From: a virus
Virus record (IMG/VR): IMGVR_UViG_3300008267_000009
Coordinates: 1 to 64,000 of that record
Reading direction: 5' to 3' (one strand)
DNA length: 64,000 nt
This document shows, one piece after another, positions 26,634-36,706 of this stretch. Below the pieces are notes generated by a model, which saw only the letters and a program-made list of their open reading frames with translations, was not told the origin of the DNA and ran no database searches. Both the position numbers and the translations under genes were made by a program. The first letter of the stretch is position 1; each line of letters opens with the position of its first letter.

Positions 26634-27332
26634 ATGAATAATGTTAATGTTAAAGATTTGACAGAAAATCTTACAATTTTTGCTGATAAAATATTTGTTT
26701 TTAAAAATGTTATAAATTTAATGGAAAGTTGGCCTAGAGAGCTAGAAGAGTTAGATGCAAGATTTGAAGATGAAAAAACATTTAATATAAAAGGAAACCC
26801 ATTAAAGCAGCTAGGTCCTTGGTTGCCATGGCCTGCAAACGATGACCCAGAGTATTTTTATGGTAGAACTAAAACAGGGCATTTTATATTTAATCATTCT
26901 TCTGAGCCATCTGGAGGAGATTTAATTGCCTATGATCTTGTAGAGGTTATGAGAAAAGCAGCAGAAGAATTGGCTCAAAAATATTTTAGTAGATTAGATA
27001 TAAAGGACATACCTCATCTTCCTAGTACCTTTGAAATTAAAGAATACAACACTGGCTCAGACATGGGGCCACATTTTGATGATTTCCCAGGAGACGATAA
27101 TCAAACAATATTATCTGCTGTTATTTATATTAATGATGACTATGAAGGTGGAGAATTAGCGTTTCCTCAACATAATATTACAATTAAACCAGAATCTGGA
27201 TGTTTAATATTTTTCCCTTCTACTCCAGATTATATTCATCAGGCAAAAGTTGTTACATCTGGTAAAAAATATTGTGTTCCACTATTTTTCTATAAAAACC
27301 CTCCAGTATCAATTTCTGACGATAAGGGCTAA
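26634..27332 (+). CDS. 2OG-Fe(II) oxygenase, prolyl-4-hydroxylase-like
   Basis: MGPHFD, YINDDYEGGELAFP, IHQAKVVTSGKKY. Confidence 0.88.
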   Translation: MNNVNVKDLTENLTIFADKIFVFKNVINLMESWPRELEELDARFEDEKTFNIKGNPLKQLGPWLPWPANDDPEYFYGRTKTGHFIFNHSSEPSGGDLIAYDLVEVMRKAAEELAQKYFSRLDIKDIPHLPSTFEIKEYNTGSDMGPHFDDFPGDDNQTILSAVIYINDDYEGGELAFPQHNITIKPESGCLIFFPSTPDYIHQAKVVTSGKKYCVPLFFYKNPPVSISDDKG

Positions 27333-27337
27333 AGTAA

Positions 27338-29044
27338 ATGAGCTACCAGTCAAAAATTATGCAAGAAAATCCAATAGGATTTTGGAGACTTGACGAGAGT
27401 AGCGGAACTACAGCATATGATTTTTCAGGATGCTCAAATAACGGAACTTACTCTGGAACCTTTAACTATAATATATTGCCTCTAGTTTCTGGTGGCACAA
27501 GAGGAACTTTAATCACAAACTCTTCTTCTATATCTCTTCCAGTAACTAAAAACTATTATGCTGTTACAGCAACAGAAGGTCTAGCAACTAAATATACAAG
27601 CGATAACGATTTTACGCTTGAAGCCTGGATTTATCCAATGTTTTATGGATCTTCTAACGATATACAAAAAATATTTGGTTCTTCTGAAACTGGAATATTT
27701 TGGCAAAAAGGAAATATTATTTTTAAGGTTGGATCTGAATCCGTAGAGTATAGCCTGCCATATATTAAAAAATCAATTTACTTAGTTGCAGTATATACAA
27801 CCAGGTCTATTGTAATTTATATTGATGGTATACAGGCAGCCTCAAAAACTTTATCTAATTTTAAATTTTCTGCAACAAATTTTGAGCCATCAATAGGTCC
27901 TTGTAATACTGCACAGGATTCTTTTATAGTTGATGCTCCAGCAATATATAGATATGCATTAACAGATGCTGCTATAAAAAAACATTATATAGATGGTAAT
28001 ATCACATCTCCAGCAATTCAAGTTGTATTTCCAGACGAAGGAGTTTTGTTCTCTGGTACTGATGCAAATATAAGATCTACCTATGAGTACTCTTATCCAA
28101 TTAATAAAAAATGGGAAGACATTTTATCTTCTAACACTTATTATGATAATGAATCTAGGTACGTTTCTTTTTATTCTGATTTATCTGGAGCACAAACATT
28201 TGTATATCAAGACTCTGTTTTAATACCAAATAGTTTAGGTCTAACTACATCTAAAATTGAATGGAGAGATTCCGAATTAGTTTCTGTTCGTTCAAGCGTA
28301 GATGGCATTAACTGGCAGGTCTGTACTAATGGTAGCCCAGTACCTCAGTATAAAATTGGATCATTTTCTTCAGAATATAAACTGTATCTTGAAATTACAA
28401 TGACAACAACAGATGTTGCAAAATATAAGCCTAGGCTATCATTTTTTTGCGTAAGTTTTTATTCAGATAGAACTTTATACGCAGACAACTACGGAGACAA
28501 AATTACTTCAACTTCTGATTATAATTTATCTTCAATCAGGTACCCAGTATTGTCAAGAAATTATATGAATGGAATTAGGCCCTTATCAGACAAATTTACA
28601 ATAAACACCCTATCAGATATAAAATCAATAGAAATGATTTACACTCCTACCGCAACTATCGGAAATGGGTTGGTAAATGGATTATCATGGAATAATAGCG
28701 GAGCAATAACAAAAAGTAATATAAGCAAGATATACATCAATAACGTAGATATTTCAACCCAATCAAATATATCATCATATTTAATCCCAGAGCAGCCACA
28801 CCACATAGTGGTTGTTTTTACATCACCAATTACAGGGGCCATAGACCTAAATGTTGGTGGCGGACAGAACTTATATAAAAATATAGCAATATACCAAAAA
28901 GAAATTACTGGCAGTATTTGTGACACCCACTTTACCTTGTATACTGGGCAACCTCAGTCTAGCTTAACAGAGCCAGTCGTAACCCTGACAGATAGTGAGC
29001 TAAAATACTATAACAATGACTGGGTGGTTATCCAAAGCGTATAA
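27338..29044 (+). CDS. LamG/concanavalin A-like virion protein
   Basis: PIGFWRLDE.SGTTAYD.SG, FTLEAWI, IYIDG, AIYRYALT....HY. Confidence 0.75.
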   Translation: MSYQSKIMQENPIGFWRLDESSGTTAYDFSGCSNNGTYSGTFNYNILPLVSGGTRGTLITNSSSISLPVTKNYYAVTATEGLATKYTSDNDFTLEAWIYPMFYGSSNDIQKIFGSSETGIFWQKGNIIFKVGSESVEYSLPYIKKSIYLVAVYTTRSIVIYIDGIQAASKTLSNFKFSATNFEPSIGPCNTAQDSFIVDAPAIYRYALTDAAIKKHYIDGNITSPAIQVVFPDEGVLFSGTDANIRSTYEYSYPINKKWEDILSSNTYYDNESRYVSFYSDLSGAQTFVYQDSVLIPNSLGLTTSKIEWRDSELVSVRSSVDGINWQVCTNGSPVPQYKIGSFSSEYKLYLEITMTTTDVAKYKPRLSFFCVSFYSDRTLYADNYGDKITSTSDYNLSSIRYPVLSRNYMNGIRPLSDKFTINTLSDIKSIEMIYTPTATIGNGLVNGLSWNNSGAITKSNISKIYINNVDISTQSNISSYLIPEQPHHIVVVFTSPITGAIDLNVGGGQNLYKNIAIYQKEITGSICDTHFTLYTGQPQSSLTEPVVTLTDSELKYYNNDWVVIQSV

Positions 29045-29105
29045 TTTGAACATTTTGATGACAAAATGTAGACTTATGTATTAAAGAATGGTATCATATT
29101 ATCCT

Positions 29106-29450
29106 ATGGATATTAAAAGATTAAATCAGACTACTGTTGAAGAAACAACACTTGGCATATATGTTTGGGAAATGCCAGACGGTAGATGGATTGGAGATGA
29201 CGATGGCAATTTTCTTTCGATCACGTCAAAAAAAGGCAATAGATCCAGAATCGATGCTTTGGCTAGAGAAGTTCGCTCATACGGCATATATGAGGGCGGG
29301 CCTAAATTTCTTTCTAACAGAAGAAAAATATCAGACGAAGAATTTGAACACCAAAAACAAAGACTTGATTGGGGACTAGTTCCAGATCCTTTGGATATTG
29401 GAAACTATAAGGATGAAATGAGAGCCTTAAAAAATGGGGGAAATAAATAA
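29106..29450 (+). CDS. Hypothetical protein upstream of portal
   Basis: ORF 29088..29450; ATG at 29106 lies just after promoter TAGACT-17-TATCAT. Confidence 0.7.
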   Translation: MDIKRLNQTTVEETTLGIYVWEMPDGRWIGDDDGNFLSITSKKGNRSRIDALAREVRSYGIYEGGPKFLSNRRKISDEEFEHQKQRLDWGLVPDPLDIGNYKDEMRALKNGGNK

Positions 29451-31036
29451 TGGAATTTATTGAAGACGATAATGAAATGCAAGATTCTATTAATATATCT
29501 AATGTAGCAGACTGGATGAAATTTAATGCGCCAAGTGCATCTACAGAAACAGACCCATTTAAGGTAGACGGAGAAGAATTACGAAAAATAAATGGACTAG
29601 GCTCCTCTTTTCGTAGAAAAATGGGAAGAGATCTTCAAAAAAGATTTGTTGGTATAGACGGAACTGCAACACAGCAAAACTTGTTAGCCCAAGCAATTAC
29701 TGGCTACGCAATGTTTGATTTAATTGAACCACCTTATAATTTAGAATATCTTTCAAAAATTTATGAAATCTCTCCATACAATTATGCAGCGATAAACGCT
29801 AAGGTTTCAAACATTGTTGGCCTTGGTTATTCTTTTGAGGAAACAGGAAAAACAAAAGATGCGCTAGATGAAATTGATGATCCTAAGCAGCTTGAAAGAG
29901 CAAGAAATAAAATTAATAGAATTAAAAGAGACCTAGAGCAATGGCTAGAGTCTGTAAATGAAGAAGAAACATTTACTGAAACGTTAGTAAAGGCTTATGT
30001 AGATTTAGAAGCAACTGGTAATGGATATATTGAAATCGGAAGAACTGTTGCTGGAAACATTGGATATATTGGACATATCCCAGCAAAAACTATGAGAGTT
30101 CGTAGACTACGTGATGGCTTTATTCAATTGCTATATGGCAAGGCTGTATATTTCAGAAATTTTGGAGACTTATCAACAGAGAATCCAATTGCTGGTGCTG
30201 AAGATAGGCCTAATGAAGTTATTCATCTAAAGAAATATACACCTACAAATAATTATTATGGAATTCCAGATATTATTGCCGCACAAAATGCAATGGCAGG
30301 AAACGAATTTGCTGGTAAGTATAACCTTGATTATTTTGAAAACAAGGCTGTTCCAAGATATATTATTACAGTAAAGGGAGCAAAGCTTTCTACAGATTCT
30401 GAGAGAAAGCTTCTTGAATTTTTTCAAGTAGGGCTTAAGGGTAAAAACCATAGATCTCTTTACATACCTTTGCCACCAGATTCTCCAGACTCAAAAGTTG
30501 AATTTAAAATGGAGCCAATTGAAGCTGGTACACAAGAAGGATCTTTTAATACATACAGACTGTCAAACAGAGACGAGATATTACTTGCCCACAGAGTTCC
30601 TATTAATAAGGTAGGAACCCCAGCTGGAGTAAATCTTGCAGTAGCTAGAGATGCCGATAAAACATTTAGAGAACAGGTCTGTGGCCCAGCACAAAATAAT
30701 TTAGCAAAGAAATTAAATAAAATTATTGAAGAAAAAACAGATGCTTTATTAATTAAATTTAATGAACTTACCCTTACTGATGAAGACACTCAGTCAAAAA
30801 TTGATGAAAGATATTTGCGTATGCAGGTAATTACCCCTAATGAGGTTAGAATTAGAAAGGGTATGATTCCAATTGAGGGGGGAGACGAGGTCGTTGATTT
30901 AAAGGCTGATGCGGCAGCTGAGCAGGTTGCACAAGCTGGAAAAACCAGGACTAGAGATTCTGAGCGATCTGCAAATTCTCCTGATAAATCTGGGGAGGGT
31001 CGTAATGCTAAAGGCGATGGGCGGTCAGCAGAGTAA
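29450..31036 (+). CDS. Portal protein
   Basis: DLEATGNGYIE, EVIHLKKY...YYGIPD, YFENKAVP, ILLAHRVP, ITPNEVR. Confidence 0.92.
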   Translation: MEFIEDDNEMQDSINISNVADWMKFNAPSASTETDPFKVDGEELRKINGLGSSFRRKMGRDLQKRFVGIDGTATQQNLLAQAITGYAMFDLIEPPYNLEYLSKIYEISPYNYAAINAKVSNIVGLGYSFEETGKTKDALDEIDDPKQLERARNKINRIKRDLEQWLESVNEEETFTETLVKAYVDLEATGNGYIEIGRTVAGNIGYIGHIPAKTMRVRRLRDGFIQLLYGKAVYFRNFGDLSTENPIAGAEDRPNEVIHLKKYTPTNNYYGIPDIIAAQNAMAGNEFAGKYNLDYFENKAVPRYIITVKGAKLSTDSERKLLEFFQVGLKGKNHRSLYIPLPPDSPDSKVEFKMEPIEAGTQEGSFNTYRLSNRDEILLAHRVPINKVGTPAGVNLAVARDADKTFREQVCGPAQNNLAKKLNKIIEEKTDALLIKFNELTLTDEDTQSKIDERYLRMQVITPNEVRIRKGMIPIEGGDEVVDLKADAAAEQVAQAGKTRTRDSERSANSPDKSGEGRNAKGDGRSAE

Positions 31037-31091
31037 TATCTGCTCGACTACTTATTTGCGTTATATAGTATAACGGTATAAAATTAAGCAT

Positions 31092-32414
31092 ATGAATATA
31101 GAAAAATCCTATTGGTCTGCCAATGGCGAAAGCATTCATCTCTCAGTTCCTTTTACAAAGGTTAACCGTGAGAAAAGAACTGTTTCTGGATTTGCAACAC
31201 TAGATAACGTTGATCAAACTGGTGATGTTGTTACAGCAGAAGCAAGCCTAAAAGCTTTTGAAAATTTCCGTGGCAACCTTCGTGAGATGCACACACCTCT
31301 TGCTGTTGGAAAGGTTGTTTCTTTTAAACCAGAAACATTCTATGATCCAACCACAAAATCTTTTTATAGCGGAGTGTATGTTGATGCATACATTTCAAAG
31401 GGTGCACAAGATACATGGGAAAAAGTTCTAGATGGTACTCTTTCAGGATTTTCAATCGGCGGAAAAATTAATGAGTCTGACAATGAAGTAAATAAAGCTA
31501 CTGGTCAATCTGTTAGATTTATTAAAGACTATGATTTAATTGAACTTTCAATTGTTGACTCACCAGCAAATGAACTATGTAACATTTTGTCTATTTCAAA
31601 AGTTAACGGACAGTTAGTTTTTAAAGGAATAGCAGCAGATGTTAAAATGGAAAATATTTTTTATTGTGCAGAAAGTGATTCTGTTTTTATCTCAACAGAC
31701 AAAACTTATGTATCACCAGTTACAAATAAACCAGCAGAATTAATAGGTTGGGTAGAAAGTAATGATGTAAATAAAGCAAAAGAGATAGATAAAATTCTTG
31801 ATGCGTACAAGCAATCAAGAGTGTCGTTGCCTGAAACACAAACAATTGCAAAACAGGCAAACGCAGAAGGAGGTAATGAAGTGTCAGAAAACACAGAAAA
31901 CGTAGTTGCAGAAGATGCAGTAGCACCAGAAGCAGCCGTAGAAGAAACATCAGTTGTTGCTGAAGAAGCACCAGCTGAAGCTCCTGCAGATGCAGTAGCA
32001 GACGCTCCTGCCGAAACTCTGGAAAAAGCAGCCGACGTATCAGAAGTTGAGGTTGATGAACCTGATTTTGCAAAGATGCTTGGCGAAATTAAGAACTTTT
32101 TCTCAGAAACTGTAGCAAAGTCAGCAGAACAAAAGTCTGCTGAAGTTTCAGCAATCAAAGATTCAGTAGAGTCTTTTGCAAAGAATGTAGAAGCTAAGAT
32201 TACAGAATTGGCAGAACAAAATGCAGCGCTATCAAAGGCAGTTGCAGAAATTAACACACTAATCAACACAGTTGAGAAGCGTGTAGACGCAGTAGAATCA
32301 GACACTGCAATTAAGAAGTCCAGTGACCTTGGCGGGTCTCAGGAAGTTTTACAAAAATCCAAATCTAAATGGAACGGTTCTTTCCTCGGTTCCGTACAAG
32401 AATTAATCAAATAA
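31092..32414 (+). CDS. Prohead protease fused to scaffold domain
   Basis: VSGFAT..VDQTGD, REMH, GFSIGG, ELSIVDSPAN; acidic linker then coiled coil. Confidence 0.88.
   Translation: MNIEKSYWSANGESIHLSVPFTKVNREKRTVSGFATLDNVDQTGDVVTAEASLKAFENFRGNLREMHTPLAVGKVVSFKPETFYDPTTKSFYSGVYVDAYISKGAQDTWEKVLDGTLSGFSIGGKINESDNEVNKATGQSVRFIKDYDLIELSIVDSPANELCNILSISKVNGQLVFKGIAADVKMENIFYCAESDSVFISTDKTYVSPVTNKPAELIGWVESNDVNKAKEIDKILDAYKQSRVSLPETQTIAKQANAEGGNEVSENTENVVAEDAVAPEAAVEETSVVAEEAPAEAPADAVADAPAETLEKAADVSEVEVDEPDFAKMLGEIKNFFSETVAKSAEQKSAEVSAIKDSVESFAKNVEAKITELAEQNAALSKAVAEINTLINTVEKRVDAVESDTAIKKSSDLGGSQEVLQKSKSKWNGSFLGSVQELIK
31881..32414 (+). CDS. Putative nested in-frame scaffolding protein
   Basis: AAGGAGGT 6 nt before in-frame GTG at 31881. 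Confidence 0.55.
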   Translation: MSENTENVVAEDAVAPEAAVEETSVVAEEAPAEAPADAVADAPAETLEKAADVSEVEVDEPDFAKMLGEIKNFFSETVAKSAEQKSAEVSAIKDSVESFAKNVEAKITELAEQNAALSKAVAEINTLINTVEKRVDAVESDTAIKKSSDLGGSQEVLQKSKSKWNGSFLGSVQELIK

Positions 32415-32428
32415 GGTAGGTGAAATAA

Positions 32429-33478
32429 ATGAGTAATGAACTATTAGAAAAGGCAGCAGAAGCAGGTACAACAGTATCAACAGGCTTTGGCTCCTCAACA
32501 GGTGGTACAGGAGTACACAGAGCTTCCGAAAACGGAAACGGTGGACTTCTAAACCCAGAACAATCAGCCCGCTTTCTAGATTATATGTTCGATGCTACCG
32601 TAATTGGTAAGGTCGCCCGTACAGTCCGAATGAAGGCCGATACAACAGAGATTGACCGTATGTCAGTCGGAGAGAAACTAATGAAGCTTGCTTCAGAAGG
32701 TGAAAACACAGGCACAAACAGTGCAGTGACTTTCTCAAAGATTTCTCTAACAACAAAGAAGCTTCGCCTAGACTGGGAGCTTTCAACAGAAGCACTTGAA
32801 GACAACATTGAAGGTGCAGATCTAGAAGATCACATTGCACGTTTGATGGCAACACAGGCAGGTAATGATATTGAAGATGTAGTTCTTAACGGAAATACAG
32901 CTCTAACTTCAGACAACCTATACAAGTCATTTGACGGTGTTGTAAAGAAGGCAAAGGCTAGCGGACACGTAGTTGACGCAGCAGGTGCTAATATTTCTCG
33001 TGCAGTATTCAACTCAGCGTTGAAGGCACTTCCACGCAAGTACAAGCAACGTCGCCAGGATCTTCGATTCCTTGCAGGATCTAACTTGATCCAGGACTAC
33101 TTGTACTCAACATCACAAAACATCCAGAACGTAAACCCACAAGATATTGCTTCAAGCATTATCCGTGGAGATCAACCAGGTCTTGGTGGTCCAGCTGGAT
33201 TCGTTGCACCATTCGCATTCGGTATTCCAATCGTTGAAGTTCCTCTTCTAAAAGAGGCACAAGACGGTGACTACTCTGGTGAGACTGGCGATCACGGAGA
33301 CGTACACTTGACATTCCCAAATAACGTAGTTATTGGTATCAAGCGTGATGTAACTGTATATCGCTTCTTCTGGCCAAAGAAGGACTCTATCGAATACACA
33401 ATGTTTACTCGTGTTGGCGTTCAGATTGAACAAGCTGATGCATGGGTAGTTGTAAAGAACGTTAAGGTCGCTTCCTAA
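32429..33478 (+). CDS. Major capsid protein (HK97 fold)
   Basis: Position after protease; GLLNPEQ..RF, LSTEALEDNIEG, LNG; followed by strong terminator. Confidence 0.9.
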   Translation: MSNELLEKAAEAGTTVSTGFGSSTGGTGVHRASENGNGGLLNPEQSARFLDYMFDATVIGKVARTVRMKADTTEIDRMSVGEKLMKLASEGENTGTNSAVTFSKISLTTKKLRLDWELSTEALEDNIEGADLEDHIARLMATQAGNDIEDVVLNGNTALTSDNLYKSFDGVVKKAKASGHVVDAAGANISRAVFNSALKALPRKYKQRRQDLRFLAGSNLIQDYLYSTSQNIQNVNPQDIASSIIRGDQPGLGGPAGFVAPFAFGIPIVEVPLLKEAQDGDYSGETGDHGDVHLTFPNNVVIGIKRDVTVYRFFWPKKDSIEYTMFTRVGVQIEQADAWVVVKNVKVAS

Positions 33479-33492
33479 TTAGGAAATAGGCT

Positions 33493-33531
33493 TGAAAAGC
33501 CCCCAAATTTATTTTTGGGGGCTTTTCATTT
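33493..33531 (+). terminator. Intrinsic terminator after capsid gene
   Basis: TGAAAAGCCCCCAAA-tttatt-TTTGGGGGCTTTTCA. Confidence 0.85.
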
Positions 33532-33576
33532 GAATTTAACAATGATATAATTAAATACCTAGAAAAAGGAGACAAT

Positions 33577-33978
33577 ATGTCATTTGACACATTAAAGGTA
33601 ACCGAACTAAAGAAACTTGCCGAAGATTTTGGCGTAGATACAGGAACCTTAAAGAATAAAGCAGACGTAATAGCAGCATTATCAGAAGAAGGCGTAACAT
33701 GGTCTGTATATCAAAAAACACTACAAACAATGAAAGATGTATCAGAAGAAGACACGATTGAAGTATTGCCTAAGTTTGATCACAAAAAAGAGCAGGCGGC
33801 TGGAACTGTCCTAGTAAGAATGACTAGAGATAATTTTAGATATGATATTCAAGGGCATACATTTACAAAGGAGCACCCTTTTGTAGCACTAACTGAAGCA
33901 GAAGCTCAAAAGATTTTTGACGTAGAAGAAGGTTTCAGAGTTGCAACTCCAAAGGAAGTTCAGGAATTTTATAACTAA
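33577..33978 (+). CDS. Head-associated protein with HeH/Rho-N-like N-terminus
   Basis: LKVTELKKLAEDFGV....KADVIAAL. Confidence 0.6.
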   Translation: MSFDTLKVTELKKLAEDFGVDTGTLKNKADVIAALSEEGVTWSVYQKTLQTMKDVSEEDTIEVLPKFDHKKEQAAGTVLVRMTRDNFRYDIQGHTFTKEHPFVALTEAEAQKIFDVEEGFRVATPKEVQEFYN

Positions 33979-34001
33979 AAGCAATAAGAAGGAGTAGGTC
34001 A

Positions 34002-34985
34002 ATGGCAGAAGTATTGATAGGTACCAACTCGCCAATATCTCATCAGGTATTTTGGCAAGGAGAGGTAGTAGACTCAGATTCTGCCCCAACTGTAAAAGTT
34101 TATGATATTACAGAAGACCCCGCTATTGTTCCATCAATAAGCCCTACTACCATTTTAACAACATTAACTTCAGTTAAAGATGAAACAAATATTGGTTTGT
34201 ACAATGTTTATATTCCTTTAAATATAACAACAAGAAACAGGGTTTTAAAATTAGAGTGGAATTATACCGTAAACTCTTCTGCTGTTTCTAAAACTCACGA
34301 CGTCTCTGTTGTTACTCCATATACCGATTTGTCTCAGATGTACCAAGAGCTTGGTATAAGTTCAGATCCCTCAGATCCATCTTATAGGTCTTATAAAGAA
34401 TTAAAAGCTGCAGAAAATTATGCACGTAGAAAAATTGAAGACTATACTGGACAGTCGTTTTATTTGTACGATGATGTAGAGCTAGTTTATGGTTCTGGGT
34501 CAGATGTTCTACCAACACAACAAAAAATTAATACAATATATAAGCTATATGTAAATGATGTTCTTCTCTATGATAGTTTAAATTCTATAAACAACTGGGG
34601 CCTTAGCCTAGAAGTATCTGAAACTGGATACGGAATTAAAGTTAATAGAGCAAATCTACTAGATAACTCAACATATATTGCAAACGGAATGGTGCCTCCA
34701 TCATTTAATGATTATGGGACTGGTGCATTTATACCAAATGTAAAATATAAGGTTATAGGTAAATTTGGCTGGAATAAAGTGCCAGCCCAAGTTGATTTAG
34801 CATGTATTGAGCTTATTAAAGATTTCTTCTCTAACGATAAAGAATGGAGAAACAGGTACTTAAAAACAATACAGACGTTTGACTGGAACTTTGAGTTTGA
34901 TTCACAAGCTTATACTGGTACTGGAAACGCCTATGCAGATCAGCTTTTATCAGAATATGTCTTAACTCAGTCGGTAATAATTTAA
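34002..34985 (+). CDS. Head-to-tail adaptor
   Basis: Synteny; IEDYTGQ.F, GW.KVP..V..A...L. Confidence 0.65.
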   Translation: MAEVLIGTNSPISHQVFWQGEVVDSDSAPTVKVYDITEDPAIVPSISPTTILTTLTSVKDETNIGLYNVYIPLNITTRNRVLKLEWNYTVNSSAVSKTHDVSVVTPYTDLSQMYQELGISSDPSDPSYRSYKELKAAENYARRKIEDYTGQSFYLYDDVELVYGSGSDVLPTQQKINTIYKLYVNDVLLYDSLNSINNWGLSLEVSETGYGIKVNRANLLDNSTYIANGMVPPSFNDYGTGAFIPNVKYKVIGKFGWNKVPAQVDLACIELIKDFFSNDKEWRNRYLKTIQTFDWNFEFDSQAYTGTGNAYADQLLSEYVLTQSVII

Positions 34986-35413
34986 TGAACAATTTAATAG
35001 ACTCCCTACTTTCTATGAAGTTGGATGTATACAGACAAATAGATTCTCAGGATGCAAATACTGGCGCCATTAAAAAAGAATGGATCTTTTATAAAACGGT
35101 GAATTGCCATGCAAAGGGGGTTATAAGTAATTCGGCAACTTCAAGAGGCAGCGACAGACAAGTATTTTCAAATAAGTATTCTAATGAACAGGTTCTACAA
35201 ATAAGAACTTTAGAGAGATTAACAGCTAGAGATAAAATAAGCAATATTCGTGATTCTTCAAATAGGCCAATTTGGACTGAAATAAATTATCCAAATGAGA
35301 CCCCCACAGTTTTTGAAATTATAGGAACGACACCAATAACAGATCCTTTTGGAAAACCTATTGGATTCAACACATCTGTAAAGAGATCGGAGAATCAGCA
35401 AATTGGACTATAA
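34985..35413 (+). CDS. Head-to-tail stopper
   Basis: Synteny and size. Confidence 0.55.
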   Translation: MNNLIDSLLSMKLDVYRQIDSQDANTGAIKKEWIFYKTVNCHAKGVISNSATSRGSDRQVFSNKYSNEQVLQIRTLERLTARDKISNIRDSSNRPIWTEINYPNETPTVFEIIGTTPITDPFGKPIGFNTSVKRSENQQIGL

Positions 35414-36194
35414 TGGAATGTTACTTCAAGCAGCCAGCGGCCTAGAAAGATTAGCCGTAGGCAGTAATAGTCGTGATAAGACAATATTTAAAGATAGCAC
35501 AGTTGCTCAAGTATCTGCATATGTTTATTACGAAGCAAACGTCATTGCCAAATTGACTACTAATAAAACATTTCAAAACAAATTCACTAAAGTAATCTTT
35601 GATCAAATAAACAAAGATTTTCCAGAATATATAGATTCTCAATCAAGAATTAAGCCAAAATCTTTTCACCATGTATATGAATGGAAAAAGACTGGAGATG
35701 CTAGCTCTAGATTATTTAAGATAAATAAAGTATCTCAAGATGGACTTTCATTTGCAATTAATTATGAATTTTTGCCATCTAAGGTTGGTGTACCAACTAG
35801 AATGCCAGGCAAAAAGCATGTGTTTAGAGATAAAGCTTTTATTATGGAAAAAGGAGAGCCTCTAATAATCTCTCCACGCTCCTCTAAGCGACTTGTTTTT
35901 TCTATGGATGGAGTTACTGTATTTATGCCAGAAGGGGCTTCAGTGACCGTTAGAAGGCCTGGAGGACCCTCTGTAAAGAACTCCTTTGACCTACAATATT
36001 CTAGATTTTTTAGTGGCCAACTTGTAAGCGGTTCAATTAAAAAATCAGGATTTCAAAAAATGTTTAATAGTTCTATTTCAAAAGCATTAAGCGTTCCATC
36101 AAATATTAAAAGAGTTCAATATTCATTTTCTCCAAATTATATTCGTTCACAGGCGGACTCTGCACTTACTCAGGCATTTGGAGGGTCATTATGA
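35403..36194 (+). CDS. Neck/tail-completion protein
   Basis: Synteny between stopper and terminator. Confidence 0.5.
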   Translation: MDYNGMLLQAASGLERLAVGSNSRDKTIFKDSTVAQVSAYVYYEANVIAKLTTNKTFQNKFTKVIFDQINKDFPEYIDSQSRIKPKSFHHVYEWKKTGDASSRLFKINKVSQDGLSFAINYEFLPSKVGVPTRMPGKKHVFRDKAFIMEKGEPLIISPRSSKRLVFSMDGVTVFMPEGASVTVRRPGGPSVKNSFDLQYSRFFSGQLVSGSIKKSGFQKMFNSSISKALSVPSNIKRVQYSFSPNYIRSQADSALTQAFGGSL

Positions 36195-36703
36195 CAGCAG
36201 ACTATAAGTTAGATGCCTCAATAGAAATAAGAAAATATTTGTGGGATCAAATTTTAACAATAGGTCTATTAGAAGCAGACGATTATTACTCAGACAGCCT
36301 TGGTTCATCAATTGTTCCCATTATTCCAGTTCAACAGTCTCCAGAGATGAATCAATTTTTAAGTGGCAAAACCCATATTGTGTATGACAAGATTGGTATG
36401 TCGTATGAAGAGAATTGGGCAATATGTTGCGAACAAATACTTTTTACTATTTATTCAACAGACGTTTCTGAGATAAATCAGCTTAGAAATTTTATGACAG
36501 ATTTATTTAGAAGAATGGATGACTCAGCAAGGGATCTAAATTTGTGGGGTGGAGTATCTGATAAGTTTAAGTTCTACAGCATTTTTATATCAGAGATTTC
36601 CCCAACTAGTCCTTCTGAAGAAATCCAGGGATTTTTGTCTTCAGATGTAATCCTTGAAGTTAAGTATGCCAGGATATCTGACGTAAATGGCAGGTTTGTA
36701 TAG
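36191..36703 (+). CDS. Tail terminator protein
   Basis: Synteny; acidic 170 aa immediately before major tail gene. Confidence 0.55.
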   Translation: MTADYKLDASIEIRKYLWDQILTIGLLEADDYYSDSLGSSIVPIIPVQQSPEMNQFLSGKTHIVYDKIGMSYEENWAICCEQILFTIYSTDVSEINQLRNFMTDLFRRMDDSARDLNLWGGVSDKFKFYSIFISEISPTSPSEEIQGFLSSDVILEVKYARISDVNGRFV

Positions 36704-36706
36704 AGT

